DNA of 64,000 nucleotides, taken from the NCBI GenBank assembly GCA_004431415.1, contig QPMI01000099.1, forward strand, positions 62,001 through 126,000. The letters are read 5' to 3'. The DNA is from Cyanophora paradoxa CCMP329 (taxonomy: Eukaryota; Plantae; Glaucophyta). Under the pieces are notes generated by a model. It did not search any database, was not told where the DNA came from, and was given only the letters and a program-made list of their open reading frames with translations. Shown piece after piece: positions 13,198 to 25,064 of this stretch (the first letter of the stretch is position 1; each line of letters starts with the position of its first letter). Position numbers and translations under genes: made by a program.

Positions 13198-14588
13198 CTA
13201 GTATAACACGGTACTAGTACGTACGGAAGTTGTAATTACGGCGTGGCCCAGTGGTACTACCGTAGTACTAGTGGTACCGTAGACTGGTCCGTAGTACGCG
13301 TGCGGCGTCACGCCGGCGTGCGGCCGCGTGCCGCGTGCACGTGAGTTGGCGAACTGCCGTTGCAAATTCAGAATCATTGAAATGCAGCCGTTGCAAAATG
13401 AAATCTTGGTTAAAACTCGAAATAATAGCCGTTTGATTCGTCACCGTCGTCTCTCAAAAAAACGATTCGTTAAACCGTTGCAATTTTACTTGCAAAATTT
13501 TTTTTTTAAGATCTACGGCGGGCGTACCCACTCGTAGTACACAACGAGGATACAAGTCACGGTATCAGGAATCACGGGGATTCGAAGTACAACGAAGCGG
13601 AAACAGTAGGAACCAAAAGGTTTGATTGTTAATTATAACGTTTCAACTTTCAAGTCTATAAATTAAGTCTATAATTATAACTTGAAATTACCGTGTGACA
13701 CTTAATTAATGCGCCAGTCCTAAAAAATAATAAAACTAGTAGTCGAGTCCTTTTAGGGCCTTTTGGCGGCCGAGTTTCGCTGATCGGTTCTAGACAATTG
13801 CAACTAAGATACCGGTAGTCTCCTGTCGTGTTATAAAAGAACTTTCTATCACGTTTCCCACCATTCTAATATTAATGCGCTGTTTCGCCGTGTTCCGCGC
13901 AGAATGTGGTAAAACCGAGGGTACCCCCCTTTAAATAGAAACAATTCTTAATTAGGGGGCCCGGACCCCGGAGGTCTCTCGGCCCCGGGAGTCTCGGACT
14001 CTCGGGACCTTTTCGCAGACAATTTCGAAATTGATTTCGAAATTGTTCATAGAAATGTTTTTAGAAAAAATGCCATCACTGGTCCCGAGTCCCGAGTCCG
14101 GATCCCGATCGCGACTCCCGGCCGCGGCCCGCGGGCCGCGGGTCCCGGAGACTCCCGGGGCCCGGACCCGTGTTTTTGTAGTTTTCTTCGTTTGTTTTCC
14201 AGTTAAATTTCCGTGGAGTTGATTTGCCGAATTTGCCCCAATTGCCCAATAGGTAGAACCGTGAGTCTGAGTCCCGGTCCGGGACTCCGGGGGCCGGGGG
14301 ATCCGGGAATACCGTCCCCCCGAGTCGCCGAGTCGGGCGGCTCGCCGAGTCGGGCCCCGGCCCCCGAGTCGGGCCCCCGACTGGGCCCCGAGTCCGAGAC
14401 TCCGAGCTCGAGTCCCGGGCCCTGACCCAGGCTGACCGTCGGACGGGCCTGCATGAGCCGCCTGACCACGTTTCCAAGTTCCGCAGTACCGCAGTACTAC
14501 CGTAGTACTAGGCTAGCAGTAGCCTACTACAGTAGTAGCCTAGTAGCCTAGTAGTACTGTAGTACTGCTAGTACTGTCACACACTCAG

Positions 14589-14814
14589 TGTAGGAGGCGG
14601 AAAAATTCCCGGGAAAATCGCCGAGGCGAAAAATTGCCGTAAATTGCCGAGACGCCGAATTCGGCAATTTAACGACTCGGCAATGTTGCTGGGGGTAAGA
14701 GTTTTCTTGGCCAGCCATAGAGCAGAATCTGGATTCGCCAATTTATCGACTCGGCAATTCCGGTTTTGGGCGCATTCGGCAATTTTTCGCCTCGGCAATT
14801 TTCCGCCTCCTACA
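14589..14814. mobile_element. MITE-like element with TGTAGGAGGCGGAAAA terminal inverted repeats
   Basis: tgtaggaggcggaaaa ... ttttccgcctcctaca, with internal inverted aattgccga/tcggcaatt motifs. A similar solo right end occurs at ~45355-45376. Confidence 0.6.
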
Positions 14815-16721
14815 GTAGTAGGCACTGCTAGCCAGTGCTAGGCAGTGTACTAGCGGCAACTAGCCTAGTACTACGGTAGGCTGCCTAGGCACGTGCACGT
14901 GCACTAGCCTAGTAGCCGGCGACGCCCGGCGTGCTAGCCGCACGACAAGGCACTGCAGCTGCCGCACTGTAGTATCTAGGCAGTGCTACCGTATATACGT
15001 AGTACCGTAGAACTGTACTAGTCTCTCAACAAAAAGGCATTAATCTCTGGTATACTATGAGTCTATGATACTATGATACTATGATACTTTTGTTTCTTTT
15101 TTTGGTGATTTACCGGCCACATGCAGTCTCTTTTAATTTGTATCATTCGGGGGTTTCAAGTTTGTTCAACTTTCTTGCATCGCTGCTCTAGATCTGTACG
15201 TATACACTGTGACATTCTTATTCATTCGCGCGTACGCGTGATCATCGGATGTTCGTGAGATCATGATCATGCTTATGTATACTTTTCATTCAAGGATGCG
15301 TGTGATTTACGTATAGCTATAGCAGTCGTGTACTCTAGAGATCTGCTGTCTTGCATCGATATCCTTGCTCGTTACCATGGCATGGCCATGATGCTCTCAG
15401 AGTACTAGTCCCTTAGATTTGTGGATAAACCCTGAGATTTCGCTGCTCGCTGCTTATGAGCTTGAGCAAGCGTGGGCCCCATGTTTCACCGTGGCACTCA
15501 CTTCGATCTCACTTCAGCTTCCCCCGCCCGCGCGCCTGCAGGTGAAGTACATACTTCCAAGGACTGAAGCGCTCGGCTCGTTCAAGCAGGCGAAGCTCTC
15601 GCCGCTGCCGCCCGCGCCGGCGCGGCCTTAGCCAGCCAGCCATGGCCCCTGCCAGGAGCTGACCCGAGCCGCCCGCCCGGCCCCGCCCCCGCCCCCCCCC
15701 CCCCCCCCCCCCCCGCGCAGAACGTGGGGACGCCTTACCCGCCCGGGGGGGGGGGGGGGGGGGGGGGCGGGAGGGGGGGGGGTGCGGGGCAGCTCTCGGC
15801 GCAGGGCAGGAAGCTTAAGCTGCAGCTAGCGCTGCAGGAGCAGATCGCGGCGGCGCGCGAGGAGCTGGCCATGGCCGCCGCCTCCCCCTCAATTTTAGAT
15901 CAAGGTGCTGAATAGACGGAATAAAGCAAGAGCACTGAGCCCCCCCCCCCCCCGAGAGCGCTGACGGTGGGGCGGTGGGGCGGGGTCGGCAGCTCTCGGC
16001 GCGAGGCAGCAAGCTGCAGAATCACGAAGAAGAAGATCTAGACAAGAAGATAAAGCTTCTAAGCTTCTAGATTTGTAGCTTCCATGCTCCTAAGCTTCGA
16101 AAGCTTAGAGCTCGAGGTCTATTCGAGGAAATTAGACAAGAAGATGAAGCGGCCAAGCTTCTAGATTTGTGGCAGCTAATTATATAGGCTTTCAGACGCT
16201 CCTTCGAGCTCTGGGGTAGATAACAGAGCCTTCCCTAACTGGTATCCTTGCTAAGCTCGAGCTCTTTCTCGCCCGCTCCAACGCGCACGCAGCCGGCGGT
16301 CGTCGCGGGACTCGGGGCGGCGCCACTTCTTCCCCTCCTCCGACGAGGACAACGGCGGCGGGGACGACGACGACGACGACGAGGGCGAGGGCCACGGCCA
16401 GGTCCGGGGGGTACTCTTTCGAAGCTGGCCGAGAACTAGGGGCTCTAGATCTAGATCTTATCTCCCAAACTTGAAAGCTAGAAGCTACTAAATTCGATCT
16501 AGCGCTTTCAACCGGATCTAAATACGGCCATGACCAGGTCCGGGGGGGCACTTCATTTTCAGAGCTGGCCGAGAACTAGGGGTTCGCGGGGGGGGGGGGC
16601 ACGCCGGCGTTCGCGCCCGAGCCCGAGTCCGTCGGAGTCGTCGTCGTAGTCATCGCGGCGACGGGCGTGCCGGCGCCGCTCGTGCCCGCGGCCGACGCGA
16701 GGGGGTGGAGGGGGGGGGGTA

Positions 16722-17470
16722 CCGCGTGGGGCGTTGGGGGCCGCCGTCGGGTCCAGAGGGCCCGTCCGGTCCACCGACAGGTACAGAGCGGAGGGGTACA
16801 TCCAAACCTGGCCGGGGGCGCGTCGGACAGGCAGGAGGGGCGTAGGATTGCCGGGGGGTACGGCGCGCACTTCGTTCGCCTCGTCACACACAGTCTCGAA
16901 GCGCTCCCCGCAGATCGCGCAGGCCTCCTGCAGGGGGTACAGACGCTCAGGAAAAAAGGAAGAAGAAAGGTGGCCGGGTCGGATTCGAACCTGCGACTCG
17001 TCGGCGGGTACGCTGGGCTCGGGCTCCTGAGGGGCCTCGCCGGCGCCTTCCCCCCCCTTGTCGCCCTCCCCCCCCTCGAAGAAGACAGAGGCCACTGCGG
17101 CGCGGGCGGGGTCAGGGGAGGGGTGGTCGGAGTTGGACAAGCCCGGGCCCGGGGAGAAGGGAGGAATCGCGTACCCTGCTTGTCGCCGCGCAGCGCCTCC
17201 CGCCATTCGACCCACTCCGACGCGGGAAGGAAGTACTGACAAATAATCATCAGCATAGGAGGGGTACAACGCGCGGAGGGGGTAGGGGGTAGCACCTGGC
17301 GAGAGAACCGCTTCTCGTCCTTCCGCTGGTGCTCCCGGGTACGCATCGCGAAGTGCCAGTCCATATGTTCCTGGGGTACCGGATCATAGGGGTACACGTG
17401 CCGGAGAGGGAATCGGCGGGGGTACCGTCATCTGAGCATCCGTGTACACGCGGAAGCCGCACTAGGAGCA
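16722..17470 (-). pseudogene. PCF11: PCF11-like C-terminal zinc-finger region (intron-containing fragment, in-frame TAG)
   Basis: Six GT-AG exons (17426-17470, 17296-17370, 17175-17235, 16991-17094, 16871-16927, ~16722-16807) splice in phase to CS*CGFRVYTDAQMT-EHMDWHF..RFSRQYFLPASEWVEW..VPADESQ-EACAICGERFETVCDEANEVWMYPSA. This matches the HxDWHF / VPADExQ-CxxCxExF-WMY signature of Pcf11. No N-terminal CID domain is recognisable upstream. Confidence 0.75.
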
Positions 17471-20273
17471 CTGCCGGCCACTAGTGATCATGAATTCGAA
17501 TCAGGGGGGGTGTTCTTATGGGTGAAGAACACACCCGGGACGCGAGGCGGAAGGGGGGGGGGGGGGGGGGGGGGGGGGGCGGGGGGAAGCAGGGTTTCTG
17601 ATCGATGAGCGATGTCGTCGTCTCAGATTCGTGCGTGCAATTTCGATTCGTGCGCATGTGCAATTGTATGTCGATCCGAGACAACGAATGTGCATAGCGT
17701 CGGACCCCCCTCCCCCCCCCCCTCCCCCCGGCCAGGTGGTCAGGGCAACGTTTAACCCCCCGCGCCACTCGAGCTCACCGCCCGGCCCCCCACCCCCCCC
17801 CCCCCCTTCCCCCCCGCTCTGCGAACCTCTCGCATATATACAGGAAAACAAATTTGCTCGGATAGGTCCGGCCAGGCAGGGAGGGGGTTGCCCTCCTCCC
17901 ACGCGCCAGGCCGCTCATTCGCATACAGGCGCCCCCTTCCATTGGGTGTTCTTCAAGGTCCAGGGTGCATATGGATGGAGCCGGCGCTGCGGGCTGCACG
18001 AACAGCCGGTGGGGGCCGGGCAGGGGCCGGGGGCGCGCGGCCGGGGGCGCGGCCGCGGGCCAGGGCATGCCGGGGGCCGGGGTGGCGGGGGGTGGTCGGG
18101 GCCGGCGCTGCGGGCTGCATACGCAGGCCAGGCCTAGGCCTAGGGGCGCGCGGATAATTGTGGCGCGCGCGCCGCCGGGCCGCGCGCCGCGCGCGCGGCG
18201 CCTCTGATGATATCAATTGCAATCCGCCTGCCGCTGCGAGGCTCGCGCCAGCTAGCGAGCCTGCTGCGCTGTCCTAGCTAGAGCGCCCGCGCTGCCTGTA
18301 TACGTAGCTAGCGCTGCTTCCGGGCTGCGAGCGCTCCCTGGCTCGCGTACAGCGCCGAGCCGCTGAGCTCGAGGCTAGCTAGCGGCTGCTAGCCCGCGCG
18401 GCTAGCTAGGAGCGCCCTAGCTAGCGCTAGCTAGCCGTGCCTAGCCCATGGCAGCTTGCGCCGGCACATCGAATCGATGTGCGCGTCCATTGGCCAGATC
18501 TCGTGTGACTCATGGCCATGGGCCGAGGCACAGCCGGCACATCAGGGCGCATGCATGATCAAAACAACACGAGGCCTGGTGTGGAAAAGTAACTAGGGGC
18601 CCGGCCGCGTTTGGCGCGCCGGGGGTGCAAGGGGGGAATCGGGATCTAATGAAAGAGTAGTAGTGGCACGAACATGCACGGGGCAGATGTAGTTCGACCC
18701 CGGCCCAGCGCGCGCGGCAGGTTGAAGTAGTAAAGATATTATATATGATTGAAAAGAATAGAAAAGGGCTGATATGCAGACGCTGCGATCTAACCGAATA
18801 AAGAAAAGTGTGAATGAAAGGCCAGATTCAGCGCACTGTATATATATGAAAGATTGTTCTGGAGCGGAAAAACGCTGCGCATCATTTGTGTTCGCGCGGC
18901 CTACCCCTAACCCTGAACAGCTGGCTAAAAGATGATGGTGTTGTCTGCAGAGGGCTCGCCGTAAACAACAAGCAGGGGGGCAAGCCCCCCCCGCACCCCC
19001 CCCTTTTATAATTAATAATTCCAGCTGCAGTCTCTGTACTAAGTTATAACTTATTACTTAAGACGCAAGCGGACACTTGCGAAAAAAATTGGGTTAACAC
19101 GGCCGGCTGAGCTTGCAGTTTCGATTCAGTTCCCCGTTTTGTCGCACCCAATATGAACCCTCATGTGCGAACACGTCGAGTGTCGACATCGATATCGGCG
19201 TAGACCCGACTCACCCCGACAGCTGCCGCAGGCCCGCAGCCACTAGCTGCTGGCAGCCTGCTGCATCATGCATGCCAGCTGCAGGCGCGGCTGCCAGCTG
19301 CAGGCGAACGCGACGCATAATCGAGATCGTACGTATACGCGTTGGATTCGCGCGAGCTCGAGCCCGGCTGTATCTATATAGCTATAGGCCTAGGTGGCAT
19401 ACTAAGTTCGAATCGGCCGCGGACCGTCGGACCACAGACCACGGCGAGTCGACGTCGCGACTCGCGACTCGCGAATTCGAATCTCCCCAAAACGCTAGAT
19501 TATTTACTAAGTTAATGTCGACGTCGACGTCGACTCGTCCCGCGGGCCGCGGCGTACGTGGATATCGATCGACGAACGTTTAACGTAGTTACCCAAAATG
19601 ACGTCGTTCCCCAAAACGCTAGATTTTCAAGTTTGACATCGTTTGCAAACGGAAACTACGTGGCGGCTTATCCGCGGATAACGGAACTTTTTTGGAAGTA
19701 ACGGAAAATGGCGGATACTAGTAACGGAAAGTAACGGAAACACACCGTGACTGCAGTCTGCATGCAGCTAGCGCTGGACTAGTACGTATACTGCTGATGT
19801 AGGCTTTTTAAGCAGGCTTAAAAAGCTTAAGTTAACGCAGCTACAGCCGGCACTACGTATACGACATGCGCAGCCTGGCAGGCTGCAGCAGCGCAGCTGC
19901 AGCTGTCATGAACGTTGCGCTCAGCCCTGGCAGCAACCGTGTACGCACTGCTCCTGCTGCATAGATAGCGTCTGTACACACGTACGTGGCTAGCGCTAGC
20001 ATAGGCGCTTGTCTTGAAGGAGCACATCAGCAGACGAAGCCAACGCAGCGCTCGGCTAGCGGAAGCAGCGAATATTTCGAAGCTTAAGGCTCGAGGCGCC
20101 CGCCTATTAATGATGAATTCGAAGTAGCGAGGCTATTTAAATTTGAAGACAAAGAAAGACCGCAGTGCCCTGAATTCGAAGTCTAGATCTAGATCTGGCA
20201 TTTTTTCTGAGTATCATGATACTGCGATGGGGCGAAACCCCCGTATACGTACGGGTATGTATCGCGTTTCAAA

Positions 20274-20387
20274 TTCATGCATGTTTCACGCACAGACAGA
20301 GACTGCAGCTGGAATTATTAATTATAAAAGGGGGGGGTGCGGGGGGGGCTTGCCCCCCTGCTTGTCTGTGCGTGAAACATGCATGAA
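20274..20387. mobile_element. 114-bp mini-element with 25-bp perfect inverted ends; its interior is copied in inverted orientation at 18968-19037
   Basis: ttcatgcatgtttcacgcacagaca ... tgtctgtgcgtgaaacatgcatgaa. The interior (gagactgcagctggaattattaattataaaag-Gn-tgc-Gn-cttgcccccctgc) matches the reverse complement of 18968-19037. Confidence 0.6.
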
Positions 20388-20409
20388 GCGCCGGTCGAGG
20401 CGCTCCGGG

Positions 20410-23400
20410 TCAGGCCAAGGCTCCGCCCCGGGCAAGGTGCGGAACGTAGCGCCGGTCGAGGCGCTCCGGGTCAGGCCAAGGCTCCGCCCCGGGCAAGGTG
20501 CGGAACGCCGCATAGCGCGCGTGATTCGACATCAGCCGGTACTTACGGCGCTGCATTTGCGGCATGATCGCCGCCAGGGAGTTCCCGCGGGCGAGTTCGC
20601 TGGAGATGGGCGCGTTTAGGAACTCGGTCGGGAGCAGAGGCACCCCAAGCTTCTCCTGCAGTGCGCGCACCCGGTGCCGTACCCCCCGAGCCAGCAGCGA
20701 GCCCTCGGGCGCGCAGAGCCGGATCTGAGCCTCTGTGATTTGCGCCTCCGCTTGCAGGTGGGCTGTTCGTTTGAGGCTGTACCCCCGTGGCTCCAGATTG
20801 CGTAATTCGTCGTCGAGGCGGCGAGGTTCCCGTGGTGCTTGACGACCCTCATCCAAATACGATCGAGTTCCTGGCACTGACTCTCGCTCAGGGTCATGAG
20901 CTTCAGGCCGTACGAGATGCGGGCCTGCACTACGGCCTCGACAAGGTAGCAGGCCTCGTTCGCGGTGAGCTTCTTGCGTTCTATCAGCGCGACTGCGCCC
21001 CGCGCCTGATCGCAGATGTACTGCCACTGACGATCCCAGTTCAGGTTTGCGCTCATGTATACCCGAGGAGCTTGAAGTGCTCTTGGGGCTGGCGGACAAG
21101 TCCGACGGGGGTACCGTTGATCTTCGGCGGGGAGGGCTGCTTCTCCTTCTTCTTCGCGGCGGGGTGGGCCCCAGGTTTGCTCTCAACTTCGCGACGTGCG
21201 TTGTTCCACGTGAAGATCGTCTTCTTCGCGTTGACCTCGATATCGTGCAGGCGGAAGAACTCGCCGGCCACGTCGGCCTGGGCCTGTAGCCCCCGCATGC
21301 TTCCGCTCATCCACTTCGTGTCATCGGCGTACGCCACGCCGCTGACGCGGGCCCGGCCCTCGCGTTCCGCAGCATCGGTCTCCCTCGGGTTCCCCATCAC
21401 GTACGCCGTGCCCGGCTCCTCCCAGCTCTCGGGGTGGGCATAGTGCTCTATCGTCTTTGCCGTCTTCTTTCCGTGCTGGCGCTCGTGCTGATCCAGGCGC
21501 TCTTGCGCGCAGAGGAGGGCATCGTAGAAGATCAGCCAGTGCAGCGGCGACTCGACACCGCCCTGCGGCAGCCCGCACTCGAGCTCGAACTCGTCGGAGA
21601 GGCCGTGACCGGAGATTGCCCGCGCCCTGCGGCGCCGGAATATGTTCCTGTGGAGCTCGATGTACCCCTCGGGTACGTTCAGCCTCCGCATCGAGAGCTC
21701 CATGCTCTCCCACGAGACGGAGTCGTACGCTCGCCTGATATCCTGCAGCAGGATGTACAGGGCTTCTTGAACTCCTTCGCGTCCTCGAGGACTGCGTTAA
21801 AGACGTGGAGGGCGTCGTCCGTCGAGCAACCAGGTCTGAAGCCGTAGTTGGCCCCTTTCAGGAGCCCGTTCTGATGGATTGTCCGGGACAGGCGCGCGTT
21901 CAGGAGGCCAGTGGTCAGCTTCAAGGCCACCTCCTGCAGGGTGATCGGTCGCAGGTTATTTTCGATATCCCCGTCCCACTCCCGGCTCTTAGTAATGCCG
22001 AGAATGTTGCCCTGACACACGGCATCCGGCAGGTCCCGGAGGCGGATCGCTTCAGCCACCAGCGAGAGCAGCAGCTTCCGGCCCCAGTGTACGGGCTCCT
22101 CTTCCGTGGCCTCCTCGGCGCTCTCGTCGGCTGGGCTCGGGCCCTCCGGCGCTGGGCCACCGGCCTCGTCGCCCTTACCGTCTTTGGGCTTCGGCTTGGG
22201 CACCGGCGCCCATAGGAACTTTACCATAGCATACGAGAAGTTCGACGGCCCGGCTGCCGTGTTTCTTAGCGTTTTAATGTAGTCGCCGAGCTCGCCTTCG
22301 CTCGGCACCGACATGTCGTTTCGGAATAGTTCAGGATCCGCGTATGCTTTTGGCTCGTATTCCAACCTCCAGAAGTCGAGCAGTTCTTTCCCCATGCTAT
22401 CCTTCAGCGCGCTTTCCGGTATTGTCTCTGGGGTGCAGCCCACGCGTGGGCGTCGGCGCCGGCACCATTTCCGCCAGTGCTCTTTTAGGAGTCGTTTCAC
22501 TTCCTCAGGCTCCGTGTAGATTTCATACGTTTTTCCGTCCTTGGACACACGCGTGATGTGCATGATCGGGCGGTTTCGCGGCTTTTCTAGCACCGCGGCT
22601 ATATAGGATCCGAGCTGGCGGCCGTCCATGAACTTGTCTAGCCTCTCTTTTAATGCCCTCTCGACGTCCTCCGCCTGGAGCGCCCGGCGGATTTTCTGCA
22701 GGTCGTGCCGCGTCCGGTTTCGCCATACTTTCAGCTCCCGGAAGAAGGTCGCCCAGTCTTCTTTGAGCTGCCGCCGGTGCACCTCGGCCCAGTCCTCTTC
22801 CTGATCAGCCGGGGGGGTACCTGGGGACCGGGGTACGGCTGGGACCGGCGCGGGGCTACCGCTGCGCGAGCCTTGTGAGCTGTGCGAGCTCGAGTGCGCA
22901 TGTGGGGATCCGGGCGGCGGTGAGCCTTGCTCAGCCCTTGCTTGGCGCCGTTCAGCCGGACGGAGCGGGAAGGGTCGGAGGCCTTCCCTGGCGGTCACGT
23001 AGTGCAGCAGCTTCTCGATCGCCTGGACCGTCAGCTCCGACGGGATCCCGCCTGGTTCCTTCCTCCAAGCAGCGAGAATGCGGGCGACTCTGGCGTCGGC
23101 CTTCGCCTGCCACGGCAGGTTGCGCGGCTTGGTCGGCTTCCCCCCTCGGCCCCTCATGCATAGATGTTCCTTTGCCACCTCCTGAACAAGGCTCGCGCAC
23201 GCAGCGTGGATGCGGCTCAGTCGTTCGAGACGCTCTTCCGGCGTGCCCTCGCCGACGGCGTCAAGGTCCGCCCCGACAGCTTCGCCGAGCTGCCTGTTTA
23301 GCTCTCTTTTCAGCTCATCTTTCTCGTTTTGTGTGCGCTTCAGGCCGTCCGGGTCAAATACTGGTGGCCCGGGTTTCGGTTCTGGCTTCGGTCCCACCGG

Positions 23401-24037
23401 CGCTGTCATGCCCGCCTCCTTCAGGTCGAAGTCCGCGAACGCTGGATAGTGGTCCGAGTCGTGCGGCGCATCGACCCACGCGGGGCACGTGTGCGCGCTG
23501 AGGAGCACGTGATCCAGTGATTCCGAGACCAGCACTGCATCGATGCGCGCCGCGTGCCAGAGCGCATCTTTTGGTAGGTCAGCCGGCGTTTCCTCCTCTG
23601 CTTCGCGTTCCGCGTCCTCTGACTCGTCTACGCCGTCTGACGGCACAGGTGCCGCCGCCGCCCGACCGACGCCCCTTGGCCCTTGCTTCCGTGCGGGGTG
23701 CGGTGCGTGATCTCGCGTGCTCCGCAGAGAGTTCCGTCATCATGTTTCGCCGCGTGGGACATCCCGGCGTCGCGCAGGTCCCACGAGTCGATCATCGTGT
23801 GCCACCACTTCCGTTCGGCTTTGTGGCTCTGGGCCAGGGCGCCGTTTCGGATGCGCGAGCTCGACGGGACCGGGACCGAGTTCCAGTCTCCCAGGAGCAG
23901 CAGGTGCGCGTTTTCACGCTCGTAGAAGTCGTCGTACATCTTCGTCAGTTCTTCGACGACCTTCTCCTGATCCTGGCGATGCGCAGCTTTGCTCTCGGAC
24001 GCGGGCATGTACACGCTCGCCACGAAGAGCTGGAGGT
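20410..24037 (-). pseudogene. LINE ORF, downstream part (rest of APE + RT), with about 4 frameshifts
   Basis: ORF pieces 23628-24037, 21679-23646, 21053-21703, 20616-21056 and 20410-~20790 join in sequence. The shifts at ~21760 (KKP|LYILLQD) and ~21060 (KLLG|VYMS) are single-base losses in C/G runs. Confidence 0.85.
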
Positions 24038-24212
24038 AAAAAAATGTAAATTGGGCATACTGCCCCACGAAATTATATATGGTAATAAAATCGAATAAAC
24101 TTTAAACTTTTCGATATTCCACAAACGTTTCGACAAAACCAAATCAAAAACAAACCATTCACAGTAACCACACAAAACAAAACGTAAAATCTCAGTAAGC
24201 CTCAGTAACAAC
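24038..24212 (+). repeat. Left terminal inverted repeat (175 bp)
   Basis: aaaaaaatgtaaattgggcatactgcccc...cctcagtaacaac is the reverse complement of 35248-35422. Confidence 0.95.
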
Positions 24213-24580
24213 TTAAAACCTCTCATTTTTTACTGTATTTTTTGAACGCTTTTTTACTGTATTTTCTACACTAGAAATGACGATAGAAACGACAATAAAA
24301 ACAATAGAATTTAAATTGTTTTTTAATCGTATATATGTCAATATATCAATGTAGTATATATGATATATATCATGCAAAATCGATTTATAGTCATACCTAT
24401 AACATATCGATTTGTGTATATGTGATATATATATATATGACGTCATAATGACGATACATATGTATATGATATATATGACATACCACGTGACTCGGGAGAT
24501 CATGACGATCACGGCGATGTGTTCATTATCATATGCATGACTTGGACCAATCAGCTATCGATGACTCTTCTGTGGCTCAC

Positions 24581-24828
24581 AGGTGGCTCATCGATAGATC
24601 AATGGGTCTTATCACATCATCGGTGGCTCATCGATAGATCAATAGGTCTTATCATATCATAGGTGGCTCATCGATGGATCAATGGGTCATACAACATTAT
24701 CGATCTCGGATCGATAGATGAATGGTTCAATATTTATCAATGGTTGAGTTTCGTAGTATATACTCGTAGTATAAACTTGTAGTATAATTCCATAGTATAA
24801 ATCCATAGTATATACTCGTAGTTGATAC
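24581..24828. repeat. Subterminal minisatellites in the virus: 40 bp x ~3.5 (24581-24725) and 13 bp x 6 (24751-24828)
   Basis: Units resemble aggtggctcatcgatagatcaatgggtcttatcacatcat and tcgtagtatatac. Confidence 0.85.
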
Positions 24829-25064
24829 TCGTCGTAGAAACCCCGGGAATAACTTGAACCGGGGTATATATTTGTTCGACATTTCGTCGAAATTTCGGTA
24901 AATCGATTATCGGCATCTTCAAACGCTTGTATCTCACCACCAGATGGTCAACTCGCAACGTTTTGCATAGCGTTTTGAAGCGCTTGTTAAGCTCTACACA
25001 ACTACGTAATCATCGTATTATTTCAAGCTACCTTGTCATACAATATTTCTCACAAATCGTCCTT

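Noticed and set aside
17481-18222. Pro/Gly/Arg-rich ORFs
   Set aside because: They derive from G/C homopolymer tracts and very high GC content, and no domain is recognisable.
18901-18915. Telomere-like cccctaaccct
   Set aside because: Fewer than two units; not an array.
23945-24512. ORFs overlapping the TIR and the AT-rich left end (and mirror ORFs at 35246-35437)
   Set aside because: They are low-complexity translations that cross element junctions.
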